Origin: Girardia tigrina
Taxonomy: Eukaryota
Assembly: GCA_001938485.1 (NCBI GenBank)
Contig: MQRK01170342.1
Coordinates: 1 to 64,000 of the forward strand
Length of the DNA: 64,000 nt
Direction of reading: 5' to 3'
In this document: positions 13,060 to 26,291 of the stretch, in pieces
Layout: every line of letters begins with the position of its first letter
How positions within the stretch are numbered: the first letter of the stretch is position 1
The notes under the pieces: generated by a model
Database searches by the model: none
Told to the model about the DNA's origin: nothing
Seen by the model: only the letters and a program-made list of their open reading frames with translations
Position numbers and translations under genes: made by a program

Positions 13060-13587
13060 TTAAGTTTTTTTTAAATGAATCAATTGCTGATTTTGTTTTG
13101 CATGTATAATTCCAGCTGTATTGAAAGCTCGTGTTATTTTACTTATCGACATGCGCCTATTTTTCAAGCATATACGGCGAATAATTCTTTCAGAACGTTT
13201 TGGTAATTTTGAAGGTCGTCCACTACGTTTTTTTATCTCTTCATATGTACCTAATGTCTTGAACTTATGTACAAATTTTTGAATGCCCCGCTTTGAAACA
13301 ATAATACCATGTCTAACCTTCATAATTTCTTGTATCCGACCCGTTGAATGACCCTCGTTCATTAATTCTGCAATAATAATCCTAAACATTATATCTATAT
13401 TTCGAGTTGTCATTGAATCTAAAAGATAGACATTTAATTAATTCATCTTAAAAAAAGATGGTCTTGATATTTCAATTTTAAATTTACTAAAATTATTTAA
13501 ATTAAAGCATTTAAACAAATTAAAAAATTTAATAAATAGCATAAATCAAAATTGCAATGGGTGCGAACAGACTTTTGGAACGCACTA
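13060..13587 (-). mobile_element. Tc1-like 5' remnant
   Basis: Tc1-type TIR (AGTGCGTTCCAAAAGT on minus strand); ORF 13060-13413 with KRSGRPSKL...RIIRR HTH linker, truncated. Confidence 0.85.
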
Positions 13588-14439
13588 TAATATATATATA
13601 TATATAATATTCGTAAAATTTGACAACAGATAAGCAAGAAATTTAGCTCATTATGACCGTCTATCAAAATGATAACATTTAATAATTTTTTAGTATAAAA
13701 AATATAAAAGGGTAAAACTATTCCTCAGAGTTTACCCGAATGTCCCTCTTGGTTCATGAGAGTTGACTTCAGTGATATTGTATTTTAGGTCAATTATTGT
13801 ATTCATATTTAAATTTCATCAGTGTATAATTAAAGACCACTAATGTTGAATTTTATTAAATTTATTCATCAGCATCAATAATTCTTTAATTTCGAATTCA
13901 AAATAAAATCTTAAAAGTGAAACCTTAAAGATACATAATTTTTCATATAACTATGTATATGTTGTTCAGAAATTATTCTCGGCAAGTTTCAGTGCAACAA
14001 CTTATTAAATTAGTGTATTAATTTTATTAAAATATTGTATGTACATTATGTAGTAATTATTTTGTAAGTATTCATATTTACCAGGATTTTAATATTTGCG
14101 GTTTCTTAGAGAACAATGTGTACCAAACTTCGTCCCATGAAAGAAAAACGTTAATAATAATACACGAATAATATAAATTGATAATAAAACACAAATGTCC
14201 AGATATATGTTTTTTTTAATTTAGATTATATAAGAATATGGCTAAATGATTAAAATTGTCATAAAACAAAAGTTTAATTAAGTTTTTAAAAAATAACCCC
14301 TCGAGAAACATAGTCAGCCTAAATGTAGAACAATTTCTAACATAAGTCAAAGTTAAAATATGTACCTCATCTTTGACTTTTGGTTAAACATTTAAAACAT
14401 TGAAGATTACCTCATTTTTCAAGTGATGTATTAAGTTAA

Positions 14440-14916
14440 AACTAAACTTAACTTTTTGAACAATTATAAAGTACGAGTTCCTACGTGGAACCCCAGCATT
14501 AGAAACAATGCGAAGCATAAATATTGTATTCGGATACAATTCTACTACGCAACAGACTGTCGCAACTTAGTTCAGAAAATTTGTGAAAAGTAAGTTATAT
14601 ACAATAATGAGTCACGGAGCCACCTAGAATTGCAAATAGGCAATTACGAACTGAAAGTTACGGTGGATTCGGATCCATCACAAAGTGCGCATGATTTATC
14701 GCTTAAGTTTGCTGTTAAAAGGCAAACCATATTGAATCACTAGGCTCAAATTGGTAAAGTGAAAAATTTGATAAGTGGATTGCACATAATAACCGTTGAT
14801 TGAAAAGCAGAAACAAAAACGTTTGGATACTGTCTTGATACTTGAAATTATTAAAACAAGTTGAATTGTTTATGAAAATCCGAATAAAGAAGCCTTTTTT
14901 TCGGGTTAGTAGGGGT
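14440..14916 (+). mobile_element. Decayed mariner 5' half, interrupted by a MULE
   Basis: SINIVFG..TVAT*FRKF...ELKVTVDSDPSQSAHDLS..TILNH*AQIGKVK..DKWIAH. Confidence 0.75.
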
Positions 14917-14924
14917 GTCAATTG

Positions 14925-17237
14925 AGTACGAGGATAAAACTGCCTAGGTCAAAACTGCCCGATCAAAACTGCGTAGGTCTAATTGTGCCTAGTTCAAAAC
15001 TGCATTGTTTATAATTTTTTTGTTAAAATATATCAAGAAATATCAAAATTTGAGTTCAACAGATTTGATTATTTAATTTGTCACAAAATATATTTATACA
15101 TTACAAAAATAAATAAAAATCACAAACAATCGAAATCATTTACCAATTTTTATTTAATATGACAATTATAAGCTATAAATAAAGACAATTTTCAAATAAC
15201 CAAAAAATAAACACTTTATATAAAAGTTTTAATATAAAAATTTTATTTTATGAGTATTACAAACATGCAATTGCTCGTAGAAATGCAAGTCTGTCAGTCT
15301 GTTGATGTGATCATATCACACGCTGAACTCTTTTACGAACATTTATATAACGATTTTCAGAAATATTTTGAACTCCAGTAGTTCCTTGAAGGAAAGACGA
15401 ATGTTGGAGAACACTAAGGAGTTTTAAACCTTCAATAAACAGCCACATAGAAGGATGATGACATGTTAAAAGAGAATGAATTCCGTTGTGCGATCCTTCA
15501 CATACATTGTTAGTTCTTGCTATTCCTTCTGCCACAGAGTCTCTTTGATTCCATAAGTCATATCCAAATATTCGAGGTCCATAGTTATCTCCCCTTCCAC
15601 GTAATCTTCTGCCATGTATACATGTATGTTCAAAGTATGTAACAACTTGATCAATATATTCATTCTGTGGAATTACATACATCAAAATTACAAATTTTTC
15701 AACAATGCTGATAGGAACATGAGATACTGCAGATAAGTATCTAATATAACATCTTATATCATTATTTTACTCATACTCTACTTTCCATCAAACTTCCTGG
15801 ACTTTTCTCAATACACTCTGAGTGCGATGGTAGTAGCATCATTTAACTGTAGCTTCTGGATAGTGCTGTCGAAATGCCGAAATTGCTGCAGTTTAAAAAT
15901 CTAAGAGAATGTGTGCTGGATTTCCCGTGGGCACAAGGCTTTTGATCTTCATTATAAGTCTATCGTAAGTTCGATTTCATTTATCGGGTAATAGGCAGTA
16001 TAACGCAGCTGAGTTTATTCCCTCTACACACTGAAAGTGTAAAGTATAGACTTGAAAGAATATAGAAGGGACAATCTTAAAAGTTCCATCAGAAAGATAG
16101 ATCCTTGCTTTGCTCAATCCCTCAAGAAGTTGTCTTTCACCGAAAATAATTATTCTATCTTCCCCAAGACCTGAATCTGATTGTACAAAATTTTGAAAAT
16201 AAATTGGCATATTGAAGTTTTTGTCAGTAGGTGGTGGAGGTAGAATAAATCCTCCAATAACTTCAAATTTATGTCTGTGTCTACGTAGAATGCGCATAAG
16301 ACTCTTTTTCAGCAATGCCATCAATACAGATTCGGACAGCGTAGTGGAAGTACATGATATTGTCAATAAAGGATTCGTATTGCTTTCTTCAACTCTATGT
16401 TTCATATCTGTTACAGGATTTTTAGCGAAAACCTTTGCAATATATCATCCATTGTTATGCGTGGGTTCTCGATTTGTAACGGCAATTTCATCTCGTGTGA
16501 AAACAGTTGCATAACATTTAAACTTCATAAATCTGGAACATCTCCAAACGATATCTCCATTAGACAATATGTGTTTCCCCCAGAAATCATATCCACGATA
16601 TAACAATACTTCAATTCCCTTCTACGAAATACCAAACTTTGCTGTAAAGTCCATGTTTATTTTTTCAGTAATTGTTATGGAGTATGCACAGGATTTGGAC
16701 AAAATCTAAAATAAATATAAGTTTTTCTAAATTTTGAACCTTTTTTATAAATTAATTTATGTACAAAAACAAAATGAACTTCTTTTTTTATGTTTTCTGT
16801 TTGAGGTGTGCAAAGTAATCTTCTTCTATACTTGCTTGGTTGTTATGTAAGTGGCATCACATAACTGTAAGATTTATTGATGTTAATTAAAATGTATGGA
16901 TATAATAGGGTTTCACTCTGCACATTTAAGCATGGTACGAAATGCTTTTTAGAAGTGCTTCTGTAATAATCCTTTCACTGCAAGTATCGAAATTCGAGTT
17001 CAATATTTTGAATTCACTTTCCAAATTGAGAGTTCTTTTTTTTTATTTGAAATTGCATTTTTCTGTTTTCAATTTAATAAAATTGAATTTGAATTGATTT
17101 TTCTAATTATTTGAGATTTTAATTATTAGATTGATGCATTTTTCTTATAAAAAAATTATTTTAAAATAATATCTATCTATATACAAAGCAGTTTTAACCT
17201 AAGCTTAATTAGACCTAGGCAGTTTTGACCTAGAATC
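14925..17237 (-). mobile_element. Mutator-like (MULE) transposon with both ends, pseudogenized
   Basis: TIRs built of ~15-bp units (GGTCAAAACTGCC); flanking direct repeat GTCAATTG at 14917-14924 and 17238-17245; motifs SDGTFK, YCLLPDK, ILLDF*TAAISAF, CYYH..QS, RTNNVCEG. Confidence 0.92.
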
Positions 17238-17489
17238 GTCAATTGCCAAGAATTGATCGTGGCAGTGTGTAAAGGTATGATTGGTGTGAATTAGAGTCGA
17301 ATGGTTCACTTTTATTGGCTAACCTATCAGAGCGAGCGACAAGTAATCAGTGAAATTTTAAATTTAACTTATTCCTTTTTTTCTTTCTTTGATTTTCAAT
17401 GCTATGATAATTTTTTTTATTTCATGAATTTCCTTTCAAGATTTTTGTGAATCATATTTTTAAATAACTGAAATTTTGAGTCTTGAGAT

Positions 17490-17835
17490 TACTGATTTTT
17501 CCATTCTTTATATATGCTTACTTTCTAGGTATGTATCCATGGAATTTAAAAACCTATTTTTGAAGGGTTTTTACTCAATCAATTTTCTCCCAACTTTGCA
17601 AACTTACTCATTTTCGGTGACATTAAATGATTATGGGAAAATTTGATCAAAAATTGGAAAAACGGAAAATTTTGAGTTCCAGAACAATATTAATTGTAAA
17701 AGGCCTACTTATGAATTATAAGTATTTTATATTAATTTTTTATTGTTTTTTTATTAAAAAAGTTGGTAAAGTATAATAGTGGCTGTCTGCATAAAGAATG
17801 GACATAAAACTTTTAATTTTTTGATTTACTAGTTT
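17490..17835 (+). repeat. Dispersed repeat family X, copy 2
   Basis: Aligns with 7540-7720 and 42630-42950. Confidence 0.85.
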
Positions 17836-18446
17836 ACTTTGATTTAAATTTGAAATCAAATTTCTTGATTATTAAATGATATTTTGTCACTTAAATTTTG
17901 ATATAATCATTTATCACATATCCTAAAGTTTTGAATTTAATTTCGAATTATGTTTATTGAAATTATTTGATTTTTTGAACTTCTTAGAAATAAACTTATA
18001 AAACAATTCAATTTTCGAATAAATTTGTTTGCGTTTGAAATTTGTATAAAATTTTCGATAAACTAATTAAAATGAAAATTAATTGTCTTAATTTGAAAAT
18101 AAAAACAACTCAAATGGATGGGAGCCGAACAAAAGTACAATTATTTAAAGAAATGACCCAGTAATCTGGGTAAAGTATAACAGCCTCAAATCTTAAAATC
18201 TTTTATTAAAATAAGTAAAACATTTTGTCATTAATATCCAATAAAATCCTGAAAAATGAAATAGTTATTAAAAAAAATTCCGATTAATTAACATTTAATA
18301 ACCTTGCACATTAGATTATAATTGCTGATGATAGAAAATGAAATTTAAAACCATGTACTACATATATAATAATTATAATTATTATTTTTTTCATATATAA
18401 TTAAAAATTTATCAACTATTTTGATTAATATATTTCTGTATTCTAG

Positions 18447-18511
18447 AACTTGACATATATTCATATTCCAATTGCGGTAGTCAGTGTCAATGATCCTCAT
18501 TATTTATTGAG
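18447..18511 (+). CDS. POMGNT1: POMGNT1-like exon D (start of catalytic domain)
   Basis: ttctag|...|gtaaaa; HIPIAVVSVNDPHYLLR resembles NVPVAVIAGNRPNYLYR; 65 nt, phase 0->2. Confidence 0.88.
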
Positions 18512-19714
18512 GTAAAATTAAATTTATTAATTTATTTAAAAATACATTAAATTAAAATTTTATAAAATTAAATAAATTGTATGATAAATTAAAAAATATA
18601 TTACTAAAAATTAAACCGGTAGTTACAAATCGACGAGACACTTCTTTGAGAAGAAAGCTTTTCTCATGTGGGTTTATTTTTCTTTTTTATTTTATATTTT
18701 ATTAGATTTTATGAGTTTAAAAAGAATCGAATAATTAATTGCAATTTTATTACTATTTTTATTATTATTTATTAATTTTTCTTTATAAAAAAGCTTGATT
18801 AATTGCTTAATAATAATTTTAACATGAAAATATTCTTTTTTTTAATATTTTAGAATTTTTTTACATATTTTAATTATTTTTAAACAGAAGTTTTGGTTAA
18901 GCGTCCTATTAAATTTTTTTTGATTTTTTAATAATGATTAATCGAAAAAATTTTCTTCATTTTGAAATATTTGAATAGAGTTAATAATTTTACATTTTTT
19001 ATTTAACTTTGAAATTTATTTATTTAGCTTTACTAAAGCTATTTATTAAAAATTTTTAAATTTTATAATTTCATAGTTTTTGGTGTTTTAATAATTAAAA
19101 TATTGAATGAGCGTAGAGTAAGCGTGATAGCATGGTTGCGGCGATGTCACGCTGGTGGGGCTTGGAAGGTTCTCAGTTAAATGAAGACAATGGTATTACC
19201 GATGGTAGAAGTTAATAAAAATAATGTCGTGACATGTACACTCGAAATCTGACAAATAGCATCGATCAATATCGAACCACTGTCACATCCTTTCCTTTGA
19301 CCTTCAGTGAAAGAGAATCATATTTGTAGACAGCATTATGATGAGTTAATTAGAGATTTTATAAACCAATCTATTCTTTTTGTAAAACGATTAAAAAAGC
19401 AGTTGATGCTGGTTCTTTAGTTTATACTGTAAAAAACTAATTTTACTGAATATCAGTTCAATAATCAAATGCAGCGTCTGATAATCTGTCTCACAGAGCG
19501 GTGGATAACGGAATACAAAGTAGGGTGACAATGACTCCATGATTAATCTTGCACTGTACCAATCAGTAACTTGAAAAAAGAAATTACTGTCATCATTTCA
19601 GATTATCTAAATAATCTCTCTCGTCGATTTTCACTTTCTCAAAGTGATCAAGAATTAAGTTAAAAGTCTATTCAGAAATTTTTATTTTGTTTAAGACAGT
19701 TATCACTTTTTAAC

Positions 19715-20126
19715 TTCAATATAGTCGTTAGCAGTGATTGGGTACGCCAGATCCCATGATTCCCGAAGTTAAGCATCTGACAACTGAGCAGGTACTTATT
19801 TGGGTGACTGATACGGAATTCGCAGTACTATTGAATTTTCAGGTCATATCAGGCAAGCAGGCTTCTAATATGTACCATGTAAACCTTTACTACTTGTCTC
19901 ATGGTCCAACATTTGGTGAATAAATCGACTCCCTCTCCCAGAGAAATCTGGGTGAAGAGTGAAAAATAGAGTAAGATGAAAAATAGTGAAGGATGAAAAA
20001 CAAAACCTGGCAAAGGGCGGATGAGCTCTTTGGAGCTAACGGCTATTCATATCCGGAGAGGAGATATGTGCCACCATGTAACATGCTTACTGACACACTC
20101 AAAAATATGCAAAACCAATATGCATG
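19715..20126 (+). mobile_element. 5S rRNA-derived SINE, copy 2 (diverged, 3'-truncated)
   Basis: CCGAAGTTAAGCA..GTACTTATTTGGGTGAC head; body shared with 995-1270 (GGATGAAAAACAAAACCT.GCAAAGGG.GGAT.AGCTCTTTGGAGC). Confidence 0.82.
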
Positions 20127-23019
20127 AACTCATAAAAGTTTAAAAGTTCGATGTTTTATGACAGTGGAAAGGAATGAGAGCTTCAAATATTGAAAATATT
20201 TTCTCCCAATTAAAGAGCTTTTCATGAAGTTTTTTCAAAAATTTTCAAGAAATATTTTCAAGAATTGTTCAATCTGCCCTGAAAAGAAAATTGACATCAC
20301 TTTTGTAATATTTATCGAAAATCGAACTATTAGAGAGGAAAAGGTATAAAGTCTCGATTTCCCACGACAGAGTCCCTAATCAGATACAATAACCAACGGG
20401 TTTCATGGAATTTTCTTTCAAATTGAATCTCTCAATGACTCCATCCACTCATTTTCAAGGCCTTGTTTAATCACCTTTCTCAATGATTCAAACGAATTCG
20501 AATCGGGCAACAGATCAGTCGTTATTTTACCGAATAAGACCTCAGATCACTTAATAGATTCTAAATAGATATATATGATGCTGATAAAGTCCGAGAAACA
20601 CCAATATTACCGAAAGATTTCTAGCAACGTTTATTCAAGAATTACCTCAATTCATTCATATATGTCATGAAGCGATAAAATTTTATTCTGATGTTATTAA
20701 AATTGATTCCGGCAACTATGTTTTACATACCTACAAATCAGCTGAATATTGTAAGACTAATATATACACTGAAGCTCTTTCTGACGCAGAAGAATGTACA
20801 AAATTGAAGTCTGATTGGGTCAAAGGATATTCTGCAGCTTTATAACACCTGGGTACAAAATCATGTCGTTTTTGTTCCTCCCCACGACCCATACCGGGGT
20901 GCCACGGCCGCTCTCTTATATACAGTCGTCATATAATAATCTTCTGATGATGAAAACTGCTGAGAAAGTCCATACACAGAGCGCTAAGTAGTTCTGGGAA
21001 TCATGATTCCAGCATGATCAGAAAAAAAAACACGTGCTAAGGGTCCATCAGTTCTTGACTATGCTCACGAGATAGATCAAGTGCACTAAAATATGATGTT
21101 GTATGAGCAAAACTTGTATGAGCAAAATCTTTGGATTCGGATTGTAAGGCTACAGAAGAGTAAACTAGACGACATCTTTGGCTAGAAAATGTGTTTTGAC
21201 GAATGAGTTTTTCTCGATAGATTTGATGAGGTATCTGTAAAGTGATCTTCTGATAAATATTTGAGAGCATTCATAACAGTCTCAAAAATTTAATAAATCG
21301 AATGAAGACATCATAATTTTAAATCTATCGAATTTTAGAGCTTCGATTTATTCTTCTCATATAGAAATGCTTTAAGAATATTGGCTGTTTTTGGAGAGAT
21401 TGAGAAATAGGTGCACAATTCCATACATGTTATTGAGAGAAGATATATATATATATACATATGCTTTAACGAGAGCGACGATTGAGATTGTGGCTGGTTC
21501 AATGCATGTAAATGGCTTGATGATGAATATCCCAAATTCGCTTTTTGAATGTTTCCAAAAAAATATTTCCAATACTAACACCATCGTAACGTTTTCTATA
21601 TTCTCCTATCAATACTAGTTTTTTTAGTTCCATTGTTATGATGTTAATTCCTTTGGCAGATCAATCTTCTAATTGGAAAAATTGAAGAAAGCTTTTCGTT
21701 TATTTAGTAAATTTTTAGTAAGGAAAATATTTTGAAAATATATCGTGGGGGATCGATCCCCCATATCCCCGTTAGCGACCAATATTTCTGTAAAAGAAAA
21801 TAAAATAAAAATAAATAAAATAGAAAACCAATTTCGTTCAAGTAAATTCTTTTTCTTTTATGTATTTCCATTATGAAAATAAACTCGTTTAATAAAACAT
21901 CAAACTATACTTTTATTGTAAATATAAAAGAAAAAATGTTATTTTTAAATGAAGCGTACTTTGATTTTATTACGTTTCTCTCAGATTACAAAAGATCTCA
22001 TATGACAGACATTTGAAAATAAAATTTACCTTGTTTAAACTAAAAGGAAAAAAAATAAAAAGTAATAATGGAAAGTATAAATAAAAGGAAATAGTTAAAA
22101 TGCTTTAAATAAGGTCTTTTATTTTATGTTTTAATGTATTTTAATTAATAAAAATTTCAATCAATAAATTATATTTTAATTTATATTATTTAAATTTTTT
22201 GAAGCGATAATTATTTTTTTTGATTTTTTCTTTAAAATACTTTTTTGTTTTTGTTAATAAAATGTTTTAACAAAAAATATTTGCTTATTTGACTACATAA
22301 AATAAAATAATAAATTGCATTTCCCATAATGTACATCTGCAACATAATATTTTGCGATGCTTACGTAATTCGATTATCAACCTCTAAGACTCATTGTTCT
22401 AACAGTCTCTATGTTTTCCAGAGACTTACTGTACACAGCAGATATTTGGTTTTCCTCGTGCTGCGCACATTTTTGAAATAATTGGTACCACATTGTCTTA
22501 TTTTTTTAACTTGCATTTTAGACTAAGTTTCTCTCACAAAAATTTAATTAAGTTAAAAAATTTTTACAAGCAAAAATCGTCAATTCGCGTTAATACAATT
22601 TCTTCAAATTTTCATATTGTCAACAAATTTCAAAATAGTCAGCAATATTTCAGATTCTGAACAAATATCAAGATTTTCAATAATAATTTAACCCTAAACA
22701 TGAAAATTTATTTAAGTGAGAAAAATTGAAATGACCGATCGGCTAGGTTGGTGCCTGGCCCGCACCCGAGCCTGTAGCCTGAAAGGAAATTTAAGCCCAT
22801 ACACATGCCCGTGTCCGTTTTTGGGTGCTCGTCTCAAAGACGGACCCAAGATAAATAATTGCTTTAACATCTCCCATTATGCATATATAACAGACCAGTA
22901 AATATATTTATACTTATATATACTTATAAATAATAATATTATTCTATAAACATAGACCTAAATGGATGGGAGGGGTTTGGATAGATGGGTTTGGATGAAA
23001 CAGAAAGGTTATATATATT

Positions 23020-23419
23020 CAACACGTTTGAAGGTGTTTGCATCTGTGTGGAGTTTGAGCGATCGTGTAAAGACCCGAAAGATGGTAAACTATGTTTGTG
23101 CTGGTTGAAGTCAGAGGAAACTCTGATGGAGGACCGCCGCGGTTCTGACTTGTAAATCGATCGTCGGACATGAGTTTAATGAAGAAAGACTAATCGAACC
23201 ATCTAGTAGCTGATTGCTTCTGAAGTTTCCCTCAGGATAGCTGGCGTTTGTTTCCGTAGTTGAACCTGGTAAAGCGAATGATTAGAAGTATTGGGGGTGA
23301 AATGCTCTCAACTTTTTCTCAAACTTTAAATGGGTTCGAAGTGCGCCTCGCTTTAATCTTTTTGTTAGAGGTGTACATAGAATACAAATGCCTAGTGGAT
23401 CATTTTGGTAACCAAAACT
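23020..23419 (+). pseudogene. 28S rRNA fragment
   Basis: LSU cores GACCCGAAAGATGG, GAAAGACTAATCGAACCATCTAGTAGCTG, GAAGTTTCCCTCAGGATAGCTGG, GGTAAAGCGAATGATTAGA, TCTCAAACTTTAAATGGGT; isolated, with substitutions at conserved sites. Confidence 0.93.
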
Positions 23420-23804
23420 TAATAAATTTATTAATCTCACCTTTCATATTCCATTAGTTTCTTTCTTCCACAATCTCCATAAATATTAAATACGTTTCAT
23501 CATCTGATTCCTAAACAAATTTTATACATCATCGTCAACAATTTTAATATTTGATTTGAATACTTTATAAAATTGTTTTAAAATGTAAAAATTTATATGA
23601 AAATTATAATTAATTAAAACATTAATGAATAATAATGTCAAAAGCGTTTATATAATTAAGAACAATAAATGGGTAACCTATATTAAATCACTGAACATTT
23701 TTAGAATTCAAAGTGCATGTAAATAATATTTAATTATTTAAAAAAACTACATTTCCAAAATTATTAAACTACATTTATTAAAGACAATTTATTCATAAAA
23801 AAAT

Positions 23805-23881
23805 AATAAAGAAAACATGCCATTTTAATAATTTTTTAATTATTATTTATAAAATTATTAAAATGGCATGTTTTCTTTATT
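23805..23881. repeat. Perfect 31-bp inverted repeat with 15-bp spacer
   Basis: AATAAAGAAAACATGCCATTTTAATAATTTT at 23805-23835 and its reverse complement at 23851-23881. Confidence 0.9.
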
Positions 23882-24059
23882 TTTTGCAATATATTAAAAT
23901 ATATTAAAAAACATCCTATATAATTTTTACCAAAACGTTTGGAATTTGAAATTTTACTAACAAAGATCCAAAGATGTCTCAAGCAAAGGAAAAAATGAAA
24001 TCAAACCAGCAAACTCTTGTGTTGACATGATTTATAGACCCTCTATCAAAGAAGTGTCA

Positions 24060-24900
24060 CATTGACTTGTCTGCTGCAGAGAAATGTGTGTTAACCCTAG
24101 TGCTCAGTCGACACATTCTGTCTCTCCATATCTTCGAGTACCCTGTTATTTCATAAGGTTTACCCACCATAAATAGTGGAGATGTCCGCGGTCATCTTCG
24201 CCAAACGGCTATCGCTATGACAGACGGTTTGTTGGAAAACAACTGTGGTGACTGGGCCACAATTACTCTTGAAGAATGTAAAAACACTGTGGCACAGCAC
24301 AAACATTTAACTATTAATTTGATCTTCTCTCGCGAACCATCACGCATATATGGTATAATGCGACACCAAATTCGAACGGAGGGGTTCCAATCTCAATAGT
24401 TTTTTCTCAGAAGCGGTGAAAAGAGGACTTTCAATCAGACACTACCGGGGCCGTAGCAACATTTGCCATGAAATGATCTGGCAGTCGTGGATGAAGTCTG
24501 GCAGTTGCATCGCCGTACAGTTGTATGACAAGGTGGAAGCGCCCCGTTGTCGCGGGGATGTAACNCCGCCGCATCAAGTGGAGGTTGACAGTATGCCATA
24601 TCACATCAACCATGTGCGACATGCATCCCCATCGAAGGTCCAGCCTGAGCCAGGACGGAGAGGAGCGAATCAACTAAGTGGAATGACCAGCGGATGGTAA
24701 TGTTGTTCAAATCGAATAATCATAGCCCGAGTGTGCAGACGAACAAAGTGGAGGGCTGTCTGGAAAGCGGCCCCGTCGAAAAATTTGTCAAACCGGTTCA
24801 ATTTGAGGATTTCGCGAGCTCAGGCATTTCAGGACATTAGAGTGACAGAGTGGCCCCTGCTCAAATAGTGTTTGCTTATGTGCTTTGAGAGCAGGGGACA
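24060..24900 (+). mobile_element. Decayed Gypsy integrase C-terminus with PPT-like tract
   Basis: GC-rich block; IWYNATP, WMKSGSC and VEVDSMPYHINHVR resemble Gypsy WYNVTP, WVKP..C and VEVDGxPRHVxDLR; GAGAGCAGGGGA at the end. Confidence 0.65.
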
Positions 24901-25053
24901 TATAGAATTACTACAATAAAACACAGTTGTTTAAATACTCGTGTCAGAATGTGCGAAAATTCTTTTAGAAGATAAATATCAGTCTCGAGATTTTCTCTTA
25001 CTCCTTTGCTTCATAAAATTAAAGAGATTAAAAACAACTAAAGAATATATTTA

Positions 25054-25270
25054 CCGTATTTTCACGTATATAAGCCGCATAATTTTTTCATCGCCAGGGA
25101 AATTTGGAGTATGTAAAAACGCATTTTATCCGCTATTTATCATCCTGAAATGTTAGTTGTTATCATGTAAATTATTTTTAGGATACACCGCCTATTTTTA
25201 TACCCTGTCAGTAGCGTGGGGCGTAGATAAAATCACACATGACTCGCGGGTTATATGCGCGAAAATACGG
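25054..25270. mobile_element. Tc2/pogo-like MITE
   Basis: TIR CCGTATTTTCACGTATATAAGCCGC / GCGGGTTATATGCGCGAAAATACGG with TA TSD. Confidence 0.85.
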
Positions 25271-25698
25271 TAAATTTTAACAAAATAATTAATAATTAAA
25301 AATATAATATTATAATATATTTTAATATATTTTAATATAATATATTTTAATATTATTAATAATTAAAAACGAATTTAATAACGAAATGATATTTATTGTA
25401 TATTTCGATTTATTTCGAACAAATTATTAATGATTTCTGTTTTGAATATAAACTATTATATTGTCTGTTTATTTTTCTCAAAAATCAAATAAATAATTTA
25501 TTGTCAGAAAAAAAGTAATGAGCCGAAGTAATTCCAATTACTTAATGAGGAATCTGAAAATGGGGCCTGCACGACCTGCTGCAAAATTGTGGCTCTCACA
25601 GGTTAGTTTTTAAATCAACCTTGAGACCGCTCCAAACAATGACCCTTGTGTTTATTAATTTTAAAATTAGCATTATTCGTTCTATGGAATATTACATA

Positions 25699-25735
<37 letters not shown>

Positions 25736-26173
25736 NNNNNNNNNNNNNNNNNNNNNNNNNNNNNNNNNNNNNNNNNNNNNNNNNNNNNNNNNNNNNNNNN
25801 NNNNNNNNNNNNNNNNNNNNNNNNNNNNNNNNNNNNNNNNNNNNNNNNNNNNNNNNNNNNNNNNNNNNNNNNNNNNNNNNNNNNNNNNNNNNNNNNNNNN
25901 NNNNNNNNNNNNNNNNNNNNNNNNNNNNNNNNNNNNNNNNNNNNNNNNNNNNNNNNNNNNNNNNNNNNNNNNNNNNNNNNNNNNNNNNNNNNNNNNNNNN
26001 NNNNNNNNNNNNNNNNNNNNNNNNNNNNNNNNNNNNNNNNNNNNNNNNNNNNNNNNNNNNNNNNNNNNNNNNNNNNNNNNNNNNNNNNNNNNNNNNNNNN
26101 NNNNNNNNNNNNNNNNNNNNNNNNNNNNNNNNNNNNNNNNNNNNNNNNNNNNNNNNNNNNNNNNNNNNNGAAA

Positions 26174-26215
26174 ATTGCTGATGATGATGTATGTAAACAT
26201 CGAAACATGTCCAAT
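26174..26215 (+). ncRNA. Minimal hammerhead ribozyme in a Penelope-like terminus
   Basis: auug-CUGAUGA-u-gaugu auguaa acauc-GAAAC-AU-GUC-caau: complete core with GUC site. Confidence 0.88.
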
Positions 26216-26253
26216 AGTTGTATAAAAAAAGCTTTAATCAAATTATATTTTCG

Positions 26254-26291
<38 letters not shown>

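Noticed and set aside
18322-18350. CTGATGA hammerhead-like cores (also ~20944)
   Set aside because: No stem II or downstream stem III/cleavage site
20300-21700. Coding-like decayed region (DGVIERFN, LVLIGEYR on the minus strand)
   Set aside because: Motifs are too short and broken to assign to integrase or LINE endonuclease
25615-26241. Long ORFs across N gaps (also at 98-423, 28146-28341, 30056-30376, 41749-42636, 55876-56764)
   Set aside because: Artefacts of N runs and (TA)n repeats
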